Assembly (NCBI RefSeq): GCF_964204645.1
Contig: NC_134028.1
Location: forward strand, 1,426,001 to 1,490,000
DNA from: Tubulanus polymorphus
Taxonomy: Eukaryota > Animalia > Nemertea
Direction: 5' to 3'
Length of the DNA: 64,000 nt
In this document: positions 47,943 to 61,300 of the stretch, in pieces
Layout: each line of letters starts with the position of its first letter
Numbering within the stretch: position 1 is the first letter of the stretch
Notes under the pieces: generated by a model
What the model was told of the DNA's origin: nothing
The model's input: the letters and a program-made list of their open reading frames with translations, nothing else
The model's database searches: none
Program-made: the position numbers and the translations under genes

Positions 47943-49968
47943 TTTAACCGGTGTGTACTGAAAAATAAAACAACACACAGTGAGTGACGGCTGAAATTCA
48001 CATGCTATCAACCCATATTATTGTGAAGAAATTGAAGAGAAAATTTGAAATGATGAAAATGAACGTCTAGAATCTAAGATGACGAAGATGACTTGCTGAG
48101 AAATGCACTGAATGTGACGACATGAAATAGATCATAAACAACTATTAACATCGCGAGTTGATCATTTCTCTTCAATTATCGGGGGAGCAACTACCCCCTG
48201 ACCCCCGCTGGCCGTGCCAATACAATTGTTAGTATTTTAAATATTCTAATACTAGACAAACCATCGTGCAATAATTAACCTACTGAACCTACGACCTGGT
48301 GCCTAGTATATATTTTATTCTGTAAACCACAATTTCAGTAAAATGGATGAAATGTTGTGATCTTTATTCTCAAGACGAGATCGATAGTTTTGAGCACGGT
48401 CCTGCAACTAAAATTGTGGTTATTTGTTTATTTAAGTTGGATTTACGAAATTACCAATCATCAATATTGACTGTGACTGACAAAGTATCAAACGAGTTAA
48501 GTGGAGACATACCGACCGGTATGGACACCGTGTTAACAGGGATTGAACATGTAGCCTATTATATAATAATTTCTATAGTCTGAGAATTATGAGACACACA
48601 AAAATTAGTAGATTAAGTATTATGTATTATATACGGGTATACATTATATATGAACCTTCATTTAATAGATATAAACGCAAAATATATTGTCCTGTTTTAT
48701 AGAGGATTACTAGGTCTATAACCCGCTATTGGAGTAGACCGCTCTGTTGTGTTTACTATGGAATATATGGGATTGGAATCCCCCGTATAAGTGGAGGGGT
48801 GGTGGGTGGAAACGTGCAAATACATGACAGTTATATATACGTGACTACAATTCAAAAATATGACGAACATCTTACGTTTAAATATCAAAGTGGCTTTTTT
48901 TACGTCTCCCGGCAGAACTTCTCACCAAGGCCCTTCTTAGTCTTAGGCCCTGCCTACATCTTTGTCAATAAGGCAGCTTTTTGAACCGCAGAAAATAAGG
49001 GGTTAAAGTTTAGGGTCTAGAGGGATTAGGGCCAAGAGTAAGGTTTCTTAGGGTTAAGGTAAGGTTAATATACGTCTTTACGGAGTTAGTACTTTGGTCG
49101 AGTACTAGGCTATAATAGAATAATGCTAAGGGTCTGGCATCTGGCCTAATAAGCTCTGGTGGTAAGAGCGCTACAACACAAGCACTGCAGTGACCAAACC
49201 CTGATTTTGGTGGTTATTTCTCAGAAGTATGACGCATGACTGACATATGATGCGCCGGGAAAGACTTTAAAATACGTTAAGTGAATTGTTAGGACGGGAG
49301 ACGTAAATATAAAAAGTTCGTTATAAAATATTCATCAATCATAAAAACAAAACATTGACAACAAAAAAAATATATCAGAATCTTTCAATGTATGAAACTT
49401 TTCAGGGTTGAAATCAAAAGAACGATATTTTTCCGAATGATGATGAATTTTGGTTTTAGCTTCATTTGAGAGATTCTGTTCAATTCTGTTTTTAACTGTC
49501 AACAAACATACCAACATCTTGTTGATCATTTCTTCTACAAAAAATCAATTGAATTAAACAATAAGGCTGTAGTAATAATGAAGTGACTGCCGAAGTCTGC
49601 GCTGCTATACCCCCTCCCCAAGATTTTGCTTCCCTTGTTTCAAACCGTATAACTAGGGATATTTTACTAGAATCTACATTTCTGATAATATATCATTTTA
49701 TCAGGATGTGTTTTTCTGGAAGGTGGGACGGGGAAGGACGGGGGGTTACCCGAGGGATATGCCGATAAGCCGTTTGGAAGTGATTATATTAACACCACAA
49801 ACTCCTATGACGATATTTAATAATTTCCTGTCGTGATTATTGTTATCTAGTGGACCTGACGTTATTATTCTTACGCCGGTGATATCGAAGGCCTTCAACA
49901 GATGATAGCCTAAATACTCTCTTTGCTTGCTCTTGTTTAAAATATATAGAGGAAGGAGTTTCACCTAC

Positions 49969-50340
49969 CACAAACACGACACACTGACTCTGACTGCTAT
50001 ATAAACTGCTGCTGCTGCTGCTGCTGTCACCAGTGTTAGTAGTATGTCAGTGATTTAGGCCTATATTTAGTCTTTCCTCGCTCTATTTTACTAGTCTTTT
50101 TGCGACGACACAGACAGGACGAATAGTGTCCACAATCCGGTATCAATCTTCTTTTTAAAACAGTCTATTTTCTTGTTGTTAAGATAAACCCTGCTATAGT
50201 TTTAATGCTTCATCGTAATAGCTAACGGGCTAGGGTTTTAAATTCCTCCACTGATTCATGACATTTTATCATCGTTCAACAGCTGTCAAAATTGACGTGA
50301 CGTGGTGCGCATGTGCATGTTTCCATCAGTTTCCGGGTTG
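49969..50340 (-). promoter_or_regulatory. Probable GBF1 non-coding first exon and core promoter
   Basis: Donor TG|GTAGGT at 49969/49968 could splice to the acceptor at 47957, 15 nt upstream of the ATG. Clustered TGACGTGACGTGG (50293-50305), NRF1-like TGCGCATGTGCA (50306-50317) and an ETS-like CCGGAA on the minus strand (50331-50336). Confidence 0.55.
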
Positions 50341-51991
50341 GTGGCAGCACTGTAGTGAACGGGTGGCTCCGAGCGAAAATATACCCACAGCGCACTTACC
50401 TCAGTGTATGTGGGTTCGAGTCCTGACTAGAATCATTTTAATTGATAATGAAGCGTACCGTGGCCTTTTAGACTATGTTTGTATGTAATCTCGCGTATCT
50501 ATTCATTTACTCAGTACTCCCTCTTACGTTGGTGTATTGAAACTGTCTTCTAAATCACTGACTGAAGACAATGAAAACTCAAGTATTGAAAAGATCTGTG
50601 GCCCCGGTTGCTCAGTTCAATTCCAGTTGTTACCACTTAACGACTTGTTAGAATCCTAACGAGTCGTTACATGAGATAAACAACCTACCCATACACAAAT
50701 AAGGGCCTTTATAAATAGCACCGATACCACAACATCATCAGTTACATGAGCAAGTGCCGCTGCGCCAAGATGTTGTGTACTTTATGTCTCCACTGCTCTT
50801 ATTTTCTAAAGTTATGGTATGAGTCCATCATAGTTCACCGATACGACAAACCGAAGTAAAAAACGAAAAATCATCATTAATTACGACGTTTTGTTTTTTA
50901 TTTGTTGGATGCACCATTTTTACGACAGATCCAAGAAGTAACAGTATAAGGCTTTATACAAAAGTATTCAAAAATAATCAACTACCTAAACACGATAACG
51001 TAAACACATTACCACTTTACGATTACGGGTAACTAACGATCCGATCCTCATCACATACAACAATACCACCACATCTACTCAATCGTCATCTTAGAAAAAC
51101 ATACAATAGTTGCCATTTGATGTATAGGCTCAAAAATGGCAGAAAAACAACACAAAGAAAATTGGTAAATTTAGAAGCAGCAAAAATGGTGTATAATATT
51201 GCTTGCCATGAATAGCAAAAAGTAATGGTTAGGATGGTAAGCTTGAAAATGGAAGCTTGATATGAATTCAGATCTCTAGCGATCCAGCACCAGACATAAT
51301 ACAAATTACTTAACAATCGAGGGGGTTATAGGGAGAGGTTATCAAATAAAGTGCCATCCTGCGGCCCGATACGTACATGGGGAAGGAATTGAATTAGGCA
51401 AGATTTAGCGAATGTCAATATGAATGGTCCCCGACCCCCGAGTGACCCTCAATCCGTAGGAAAATCATTCATGATCGAAAAATTATCGTACAAAAAATTT
51501 CTTCACAGCTGTATATTTTCTATGGTCCGATTCGACAATTAGCAGCGGTACATAAATACTAAAAATACATTAATAATCCAACTAACACATGTACATCGGA
51601 CTTTAACATGCGCATGTTATAAATAAATCAATAAATAATTATAATCATCATTAATCGCTACATGTAAAATCACATATTAAACATGACATAACGAACATCA
51701 ATTAATTCGAAAGTGAAATGATACTAAAGCACTTGGAAAAACTTCACACGTAATATCTCAATAACGTTTTCCTGATTCTCAATAGGTTTCTTTCGATAAA
51801 GACAAATTGGTTTTGACCTGATCTGATATATTTGAGCTGCAGAAAAAGTACAGATTCAAATTACAACATTCAAAATACAGCGAACGCACATCGATGTAGA
51901 CAACAATTAATGATCAAACAGTCAAACTCAGTCATCATCTGAAAAACCGTCACATTATTGAAGTCTAATATTTAGAATCTCAATTGTATTT

Positions 51992-52258
51992 CAGGGTCCG
52001 ATCTAAGCGCTTGTCCAATTGCCCGGGACAAGTATATTCTCATCAGGGCAAGTACCGGTAGGTTATCATTATCACTTGTCCCCCGGGCTAGTGCAATTTT
52101 ATGTCTCAAAGCTTTTTCCCATTCGATACGACGGATGATAGTGCCACCAATCATACTGCCAGTGTAGGGCAAGTAGTTTTTGGAGCAGCAAGCGAAATTT
52201 CAGATATGCTTCCCCCTGGGCAAGTACCGGTAGCTTTCATTCCTTAGATCGGACCCTG
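51992..52258. mobile_element. Non-autonomous DNA transposon with CAGG termini and a 5-bp TSD (TATTT), hAT5-like
   Basis: TIR CAGGGTCCGATCTAAG / CTTAGATCGGACCCTG; TATTT on both sides. Confidence 0.85.
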
Positions 52259-52352
52259 TATTTCAAATTCAATTTACTGAGTCATCATTTGGTAAAGTTA
52301 ATGATCGCCCAAACTATGAAGACTTTAGCTGTGAGTTAAATATATGAATGAT

Positions 52353-55300
52353 TTATGAATTAGAATGATGAAACGGTGATTGATTATAATCAAATGAAGA
52401 CGGACCGTGACTGAGACTAAACGACGCGAAAATACGATCTTCGTTCTTTTTCGGCGAGAGTTTAATCGGTTGTTTCGGAGGAAGTTTAGGCGGCCGTAAA
52501 CTAGCCGGTCGTTTAACCGGTGACGACGATAGACACGGTTTATTGATGAATGGAGATCGAGAGCCGGATGAATCTAGATTCGATGACATCGATGATCGTT
52601 TGGAACCCGGAGTTAGCGAACGTGTACGTGATTTAGCGGGTTTACGCGTAGCGGGAGAACCCGGCGTCGCTGAGACTCCTCGGTGCGGAGATGTACCCGG
52701 TTTTTTGCCGGTTAAATTCGGTTCACTTTTAGCGAGATTACGTTTTAAAGGACTCGCCGTACGTTTTGTAATGCTATCCGCTTTTGAACGTTTTTTCTGA
52801 ACGGCCGATTTTGAACTAGAATCTGGACGTTTATCCGAGGGTATAGACGTTCTCCGTGGCGACGATTGTTTGTCCGATTTGATCGATGAAACCGATTCAC
52901 TCCGCCGCGAAATACGCTCCGGTAATTCATCGGCGGTTACCTTCGAGTTATTATCAATGTCACTAAACACCGGATAGTCCGAGTCCAATTCCTGCGAGTT
53001 ATGTTTTGTAGATTGGTCGTCTTCTAAAGAGATTTGATCTCCTGAAAAAGTGAAAGAAAAAGAAACTCAAAACAATTCATATTACAACTCGCAGAAGTCT
53101 TGATACATAAAAAGCTTTTCTCATCATTTATTGCATCACTAAAAACTCATGAATAATTACTCTACTTGTAAATAGTAAACACTCATCTGAAACCACGGAA
53201 AACAACAACATTTTCTAATCTAAAAACTGAACATTTCTCTAACAAACAAAGCATTGTCAGAACAAAAACGGTGAAATGTTTCAGCATCAGTAATTGTAGA
53301 AAAACATGCACAGAGACAGCCAGTGACCAAGCATAGATATACGATCCTTTATTAACCAACCCCTTCAGATGGGCGTAGATTGGCCTCGATTCTCTGCGAC
53401 TGCCAGCCACTGTCGACCGGTAGAAACCGATCACTGCACGTCGCAAGAAGTCGCAAGTCAACATATGCCCACCTTCATACATAGTATTACGAATATAAAG
53501 ATACAAGTACAAATACGTTTGAATTTAGAAGAAAAGAAATCTTCTGCATAGTTTTTTTCCCTTGAATATAATCGAAGCCATAGTTTAGCTAAAATACGGA
53601 TTACTTTTACATGCATGTACACATAGATTTGAAACGTGAATATCGTACGAAACATGCATCACTTACACCTAACAGAGAATAGTATTTATACTGGAAAAAC
53701 AATCAAATAAAAATAACCATAAAACAGCTGTAATTCATAACACTGATCTTACCTCAGCGGAGGCCAGCGAGCTATTCATTCAATAACATCGAGTATTTTA
53801 AACTTTTTTATACATGACATATTAAAATGAACCAGTCATTGTTTTTGTATCGGTTAACATGAAGACTGATAGTTTACTTTGTAGTTGTAAAGAATTACAA
53901 GTTTTCGCTATTAGTGCATAGTGGCTTCATCAGGAATGGAGCAACTATAAACTAGTAGCGTAAGTTCGTAATCCTAACGATATCAAGTAAACCTGACGTT
54001 TATCGTAATGCAGCTTACCTCGCGGACTACTTTGTGGTGAGAATTCAAGTTCATTCGGAAAAGTCATCGAGTCGATTGATTCATTACCGAGCGATCGTTC
54101 AAAACCTTCCTAAAAATGGAAATAAAAATTTCAAATCTAAATTACTGTTTGTGCTTGAAACACAATGAAACAAGACTTCTCAAACTCAGGATCCAATCTA
54201 AGGAATAAAAGCCACTTGTACGGGGGGCAAGCATATCTGAAATTTCGCTTGCCCCCCTCCAAAATTTACTTGCCCTACACAGGCAGTCCAATTGATGGCA
54301 CTATCATCCGTTGTATCGAGTGGGAAAAAAGCTTTGTGACATAAAATTGCACTAGCCCGGGGGACAAGTGATAATGATAACCTACTTGCCCTGATGAGAA
54401 TATACTTGTCCCGGGCAATCGGACAAGTGCTTAGATCTGACCCTGAAACTGTGCCCATGTATTCTCGATTATTTCAGCGAGTCCTCTCAAATCTAGTCCA
54501 TAAATCGATGTTTTTAAATCAAAACCTAAATCTCATTCATTCATTAAAGTTTTGAACCAAATAAGTTATAGTTTTCTCCATTCTCTGTGTATCATGTAAA
54601 GCCAATGAGTAGATTCTATATGGGGTATTAGTATTTTCTATCAAACAGGTTTTTACTTTACTCACCATTAAATCAGTTTTGATATCGCTGAGATGTGACG
54701 ACTGCGCCGCAACGACAGCGCTCTGAGCTAACGAATCGGCTAAATTATACAACATCGTCGTCACGGTTTCCTCCGTGAATACAACGACCGATTCGTTCGT
54801 ATCGATCGCCGCGGACGACGACGAAACGTTCGTTAATTCGTGTTTTAAATCTTTACAAACTCGATCGATTTCGGTTTGAACGTGATTATCGAGCCTCGAG
54901 TGAATATCTACTGTATCTCCGACTGTGTCTAACGTACGATAAAATCCGGCCAGTTCAATCACCAACTGACGAATATTTGTAAGCACGAGATTCTCGCTGA
55001 CCGTCTGCTCCAGTTGACTACCGATCGTTTGATCGCGTAGCGACTCGTTTGAGATTATAATACTCGCGATATCTCGTAGTTTTTTTCGTCTAAAAGCCGT
55101 CAGTATTTCATGCATTAGTTTTTCACGATTTTGAAGTTTAGTCAACGCCAGTGAAAGTTCCTGTTCTAAGATGTTTAAATACTCGTCGACCGATCTACTG
55201 TTTACGAGACCGTCGCGTATTTTTGTAATTCGATACGTTAGTTCCGCTTGCGCCATCGCTTTAGCCGCTAGCGTACTCGACTGCATATACAGCCAGTTTT

Positions 55301-58300
55301 CATCCTGTTCCTGAAATTGATTGCTCGATAGAATTCCGGAATCGAATGATGATTGAGAAAGTCTCGCGCCTCTCGCCTTCAGATCTTTATGGATCGTATG
55401 ATTCAGTTCGGCGCAGCTGTTCGAATCAAACACTTGCGTTCCGTACAACTTCGGCATTTCGGGACTAACGACGGTCATATTGTTCAAATAGTCTTCGATA
55501 GATTTCATTCTGCTGTTGAAATTCTGAAATTCTAACATCTGTTGTTCGCGAAGATGAAGCAGTTTGTCTTGATATTCTTTCACGATCGCGTTGTTTTGTA
55601 TCTCTTTATTGAGGCTGTCAGCTAATATTTGTGAATAAAGTGGAGAATCAGTGGCAGCAGTAGCAGCAGCAGCAGTATTAGTATTAAACTGATTCACACA
55701 CTGCTGTGAGGTAGTCATATTACTGTCCCCTGTAGCGCTATCTTTCAACTCCTCGACTAATTGTTCTAAACGCTCTATTTTTTCATTCGCTCGATTCAAA
55801 TCTAGTAAAAGTTTATCTTTCTCGTCGTCGTTCCATTTCAAGCACGCTTCAGACGACTCTGAAACGATGTCCTCATAACTCGCGTAACTTCGTGAGATTT
55901 CTTGTTGTAATATTTTTCTACTTTCTACTCGTTCGTTTTCGTACGAAATCTGCAACGACGACAGAACGTCTTCGTTACTTTCAACGTCGCGTTCACCGGT
56001 TGAATTACTCGCCGCGAAATCGACAGAATTTTGAGAATCGGAATCTAACTGCGCGTTCACAGGATTCTCAATCGATTGAAGTAGCTCTAATTGTTCGATC
56101 GATTTAGTTTGCGATTGTTTCACAGTTTGAATTGCGGCGTCAGTTTGTTTATGAACAGTGTTTAATATTTCTCGTGTATTTATCCCCGTTGAATGTTGAA
56201 TCTCTAATTGACTAGATATTTGTTGTAAACCATGTTTACACGCGTGCAACAACTCGTCTAATTCGACGTTTTTCTCGATGATAAAACGCGTCGTCGATAA
56301 TCGACAAATAATTGTTTCTAATTTATCACAGTTGTTCGTATCGATTATCCGCTTTAAATTGTTCATTTTCGATTCGTAATTTTTAATCCGTTCTTCGAAA
56401 GCGAATTGTTTCTCGTTCGACGTATCCTCTTCGTTCTCCCTCTCATCCTCTTCGAGTAAACTCAAAACTTCTCTCAGTTTATCGTTAGATTGAGCCACTT
56501 TCTCGTGAAGTCCTTGTATCCTAGTAACCATATGATGCTCGTTCCAGTCGTCGGGTAAAGATTCACCGTCGTTAGGAATCTCCACGCTACCGATACCTTC
56601 ACTGACAGTCACAAACGACGCATCCGATCGAGGACTCAATAGTAAATCGTCCGACGGTTGTTGCTGATTTTGTTCGGTGACCTGTCGTTCTACACTTCCC
56701 AGCTGAACTTTCAGCTCATCAGTCGCGTTTTCTTGCAACATCAGTTCGTTTTCGACTTGTTCTATTTTTCGTTCGACCTCCTGTAGTTCAGATTCGACCT
56801 GTTCGCTTTCGGCGTTCAATGAACGTTGACTCAACTTCTTCAGTTTGGTAGCGTTGAGTTTAGCGAGTTGAGCGGTGCGCAGCTTCTTAACGAGGTCATC
56901 GATACGAGCTCCGTACGATTTCACTTCATCCTGGTATTTCTCTACGATCGCTCGCGTCTGATGAATAAGCGTCGAATTTCTCAACTCGAGTTCATCGGAT
57001 TTATCTTGCGCGATCCTGATTTCGCGTGTTAGAGAATGAATTTGATCGACATGATCGGAATAATCAATCGTATGAACATTCTCTTTATCAACTTGCGTAA
57101 TATTACTGACCACATCTTTCGATCCCTCATCACTCGTTTCTGCCGTTTGTTTTACTTCTTGCGCCACCTGCAGGGCCACTTTTGTAGCGTCTAATTCCAC
57201 TAATAAATCGTTGTATTTAGATTTCAATTCATTGTGATCGTATTTTTCAACTTCTAGTTCATCTTTGATTTGTTCCAGTTCATCTTCTTTAGCGTCGAGA
57301 TCATCGAGTAAAGCTTCCGAATCTTGCGATAAACCTAGAGCCGTTTTCACCTGCATTAACTCATCCGACAGTTCATCGAACTCACAACATTTCTCTTTCA
57401 ATGATTCCGTCAATTGTTCCACTTCGCATTCGTTCTTTTTATTCTCGTGTTCCTCGTTTCGAAGTTGAGTCTCGGTCGCGATCAGTTTCAATTTCAAATC
57501 CTCGAATTCCGACGTCAGATCGTCGTAGCGATTCAACAGATCTTCGTGTTCCGCGCACTTTTTCTCGAGAAGTTCGTTGCCGTTTTCGATACGTTCGTCT
57601 TTATAATCGTTCGCTTTTTTCTGCGAGTCGAGAATTTGAAGCGAATCCTTCAACGTTACTTTCAAATCGTCGTGATCCGAAAGCAGACTTTCATATTTTT
57701 GTGTCACTTGCATCAAATCGATCGACAGATTTTCACATTCTTGTTTACGCGATTGTAACTCGGTTTGTAACTGTTCGCAGAGATCGTCCTGAGAATGAGA
57801 TGTTGCGTTTTGTTCGCGAAGTTCGTCTTTAATTTGCTGATATTCCGTCGATAAATCGTTGTATTTATTCATCATATCCGCGTAATCTTTACGCAAAGTT
57901 TCGAAATCCGATCGTAAATTAGAAATCTCTTCGTCTTTATCTCTCGTCGATTGACTTTCTTCGAACGACTTCTCGCTCAATTCGTCGATTTGACTCTCGA
58001 AGTCTTTAATTCGATTCTTTAATCGTTCATTCTCTCGTGATTTCTCGCTGAATTTCGATTTTAAATCCTCCGATTCTAACTCGAGATCTTTAATCTGTTT
58101 TTTCTTTTTGCGGCTCTCGACGCGCTGTTCTTCCATTTTCTGCTGAAGCTGAATTAATTCATCTTCGCGCTCTTCGTATTTACGTTTCCAACGTTTCGCA
58201 TCTTTAATCAGCGCGTCATTGCGTGTTCGATCGATCTCCCCCGACGACGGCGACGATTCTTCAAATCGCTTTTTTAACGACATGTTTTCACGAATAACCT

Positions 58301-61300
58301 CTTCAAGTTCTAACTCCAATTCTAATTTAGCCGAGCCGTTAATACTGTTTTGTTTATCCATTATCTTAACCTTATCTTCTAAGGAACCACATCTTTCGAG
58401 AAGATTCTTCGAGTCCTGAAAAATATGAAGCGTAATGTTGTCTTAAGTCCTTATTGAATACATCTCATTTAGTTAATTTGGTTATCGTTTGAAGCACATT
58501 TCAACCTCGGCGCTCAGTTTTTTTTAGTCCCTCTGTCACTAAAGGATACATAACTGAACTTAAAAATAAAATTCTGCTGCTTCCGTAGCACCTAAAACAT
58601 TGAAATCTTATGAAAACCTGATGAAAAACATATTTTCCCAAGGCGGCACGGGGACAGAGGAATCAAAGCAGCAGAAATAATCATTTAGGTAAACAAGGAA
58701 CAACCAAATAAAACATGATTATTGTCAAATATATCTAATAAAAATAAGTAGTGTAATAAGAGAAGTCAGACGGTGTTTCAATGACTCACTTCATTGCTCT
58801 TCTGTTGTCTGTTTTTCATCTGTGATTTAAGCATGCTGTTCTCCTCGTGTAAAGTTATCAATTCTTTCTGCGCCTGTTCGAGTTGGCCTTGCAGTGACTC
58901 AACCTGAAAAAATAAAACGCACCGTTGGCATCGGTTATCACAACAACAATCGATGAATTCTACCAAACACAGTTTATCTAAGCTACTTGTAGATTCTACG
59001 TTAGACACAATACTGATAGGTTTTTATCCGTGCAGCTGTTCTATAATCCGGTCGGTGCTCACTGTGTGCGATCACAACAAAATCAATTCATGCTTCAAAA
59101 TATAATCCATAGGTAAAACTCGTGAATTCAGAACAATTTCCCACAGAATTACAGATTACACTACCACATAATTACAGATTACACTACCACAGAATTACAG
59201 ATTACACTACCACAGAATTACAGATTACACTACCACAGAATTACAGATTACACTTCCACAGAATTACAGATTATACTTCCACAGAATAGTGCGTATATAA
59301 CGTACACCAATATTACAATACATTCAAAGCAGTGTAAATTCAAAGCTGCAAGAGCCAGAGCCAAGATAAGACTAGTCTAAGTCTATTATAGGTCACATAG
59401 CCAATCTAACAATTCTGGACTAGTCTTGAGGGTCTGGTTGCATGCACAGTCATAGCTTTAGAGCAGTCTATGACAATCTTAGTTCTATAGCCAATCCAAC
59501 ACCTTCAGTTTAGTCTTCAGATTCAAAACAACTTTTATGCAACTAGACACAAATGTTTAGATACTGCTAACCAAAATGAGCTCGCTATGTTATACTTGGT
59601 GTATGTTTGTTACTGCCGAAACCTACCTCAACTTCAAGAAGCCCAAACATTGTGATTTCCCTTTGCTTTCCTGCCTCAGTTTGTAGATTTTTCCCCTAAT
59701 GAAAGCAGGCAATAAGCATCAATAATACAAATTAGAAGCATTAGGCAATGATGAAGCAGTTTGTGTTACTGTAATTAATTCATATATATTATCAGCATCG
59801 GAATAGCTTAGCAATATTGATATATCTTTCTGCTTTTCTCAGTAAAAATTAGAGGTGAAAATTCTAAATAAAAGGAAAATTGAGATGGAATTGACAATAT
59901 TTAACTGATAAGAACAGTTGTAAGAAGATAAAACTAAGAGGCATACTTTATTTTCTTCTTTCATATACATGTATAATGAACTTGTATTAAAATGTGAAGA
60001 AAAATTAAGCGACATTTGTGCACGAGAATTGTTGCATTGCGAACTATATCGAGTGGCGAGTTAACAAGATAAAAGTTACTAAAAGCAATGAGATTGAAAA
60101 ATAAAACTACAAATAAAACAAACGAAGTGAAATGATTGTTACAGATTGAATTCTTACCTCTAAATTCTCTTCGACGTCAGTAATGATCCGCGTTGAGGGG
60201 GGCGGAGGAGACCGAACCCGTGGAATTTTAGATCTCAATTTATTCAGTTTTTTCTCGATCGGTGAAGGATTGTGAAGCCCGTTCTCGTCAGGGTTACTGC
60301 TACTCGTACTCAGATCGTCGTGTGATTGGCTGTGATGATTCAGCGGCGAGCTCGTTGAATCTGCTCGTTTAGTGAATCGGTGTTGTCTACTGTCTGAATC
60401 GGGACGTGAATTCGACGTAGCGACAACAGTTTCCTCGTTATTTTCATTACCGTTTTCCTCATCGACGCTTGATTTGTGAACCGCGTTAGAATTCTGTTGC
60501 TGTGAATTGGTAGTAGTTTTGTATTTGCTATTTTTCGGAGGATACATGCGTAGTAACGGTCTATCGGTATCCGTCGGTTTCCAGTCGACTGTTACCGTAT
60601 TGCGTCTGCTCGTTTCGTCCGAGTCGTTCGGCGAGGTTTTCGGACCGACCGTCGGAAGCGAGCGTCTCGCCGACCTCGGTTTCTCCGAACTCCGCGGCGA
60701 TGACGATCGATTCGAATTTTCGCAACATTTCATCAGCGCCTGCAACCAGTTCGTTCTGATACCGTACGTCATCGCTGACAGAACATAAACTCCATTCTTC
60801 GTCTGAAATATGAGAAAATTAATTTGAAATTGCACAAATAAAAACACAATTCTAATATTTAGACTTTGTGAACGTTGATTAAAGATAAATATAAATAATT
60901 AGACGAGAAAATACACAATATCCGTGTATGATGATAACGAGAGAAATCCCACAATAATGAAGCTAAGATTGAAAATTCTATATCATTCAGTACGCCTGAT
61001 GATGGCTAGCAGGTGATAGCCGAAACGTCGCTCCTCAAATATAATCATTCTGATATAGAATTTTCAATCTTAGCTTCGTTATTGTGGGATTTCTCTCGTC
61101 ATATATAGATAAGTTTTCTATAGCGCAGGTATCTGCAAGTTTTGTCCAAATAGAAATATCTTTAGATGAGTTTAAACTATACCAGTTTCATCAGCGCGGT
61201 GCATAATGGCAAAATGCTCTAGCCCCAAAGGGGTTCGCACAGTCTATGTTTCATAAAATCAGATCTTACCTTCACGCTAAATCCATAGTTTTTAGAAATC

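Noticed and set aside
49000-49070. TTAGGG-like runs (also ~14604-14680) as interstitial telomere
   Set aside because: Only isolated, degenerate hexamers; more likely part of dispersed repeats.
55353-58419. Several + strand ORFs antisense to the giant exon, and similar antisense ORFs over GBF1 exons
   Set aside because: Shadow ORFs produced by codon bias of the minus-strand genes.
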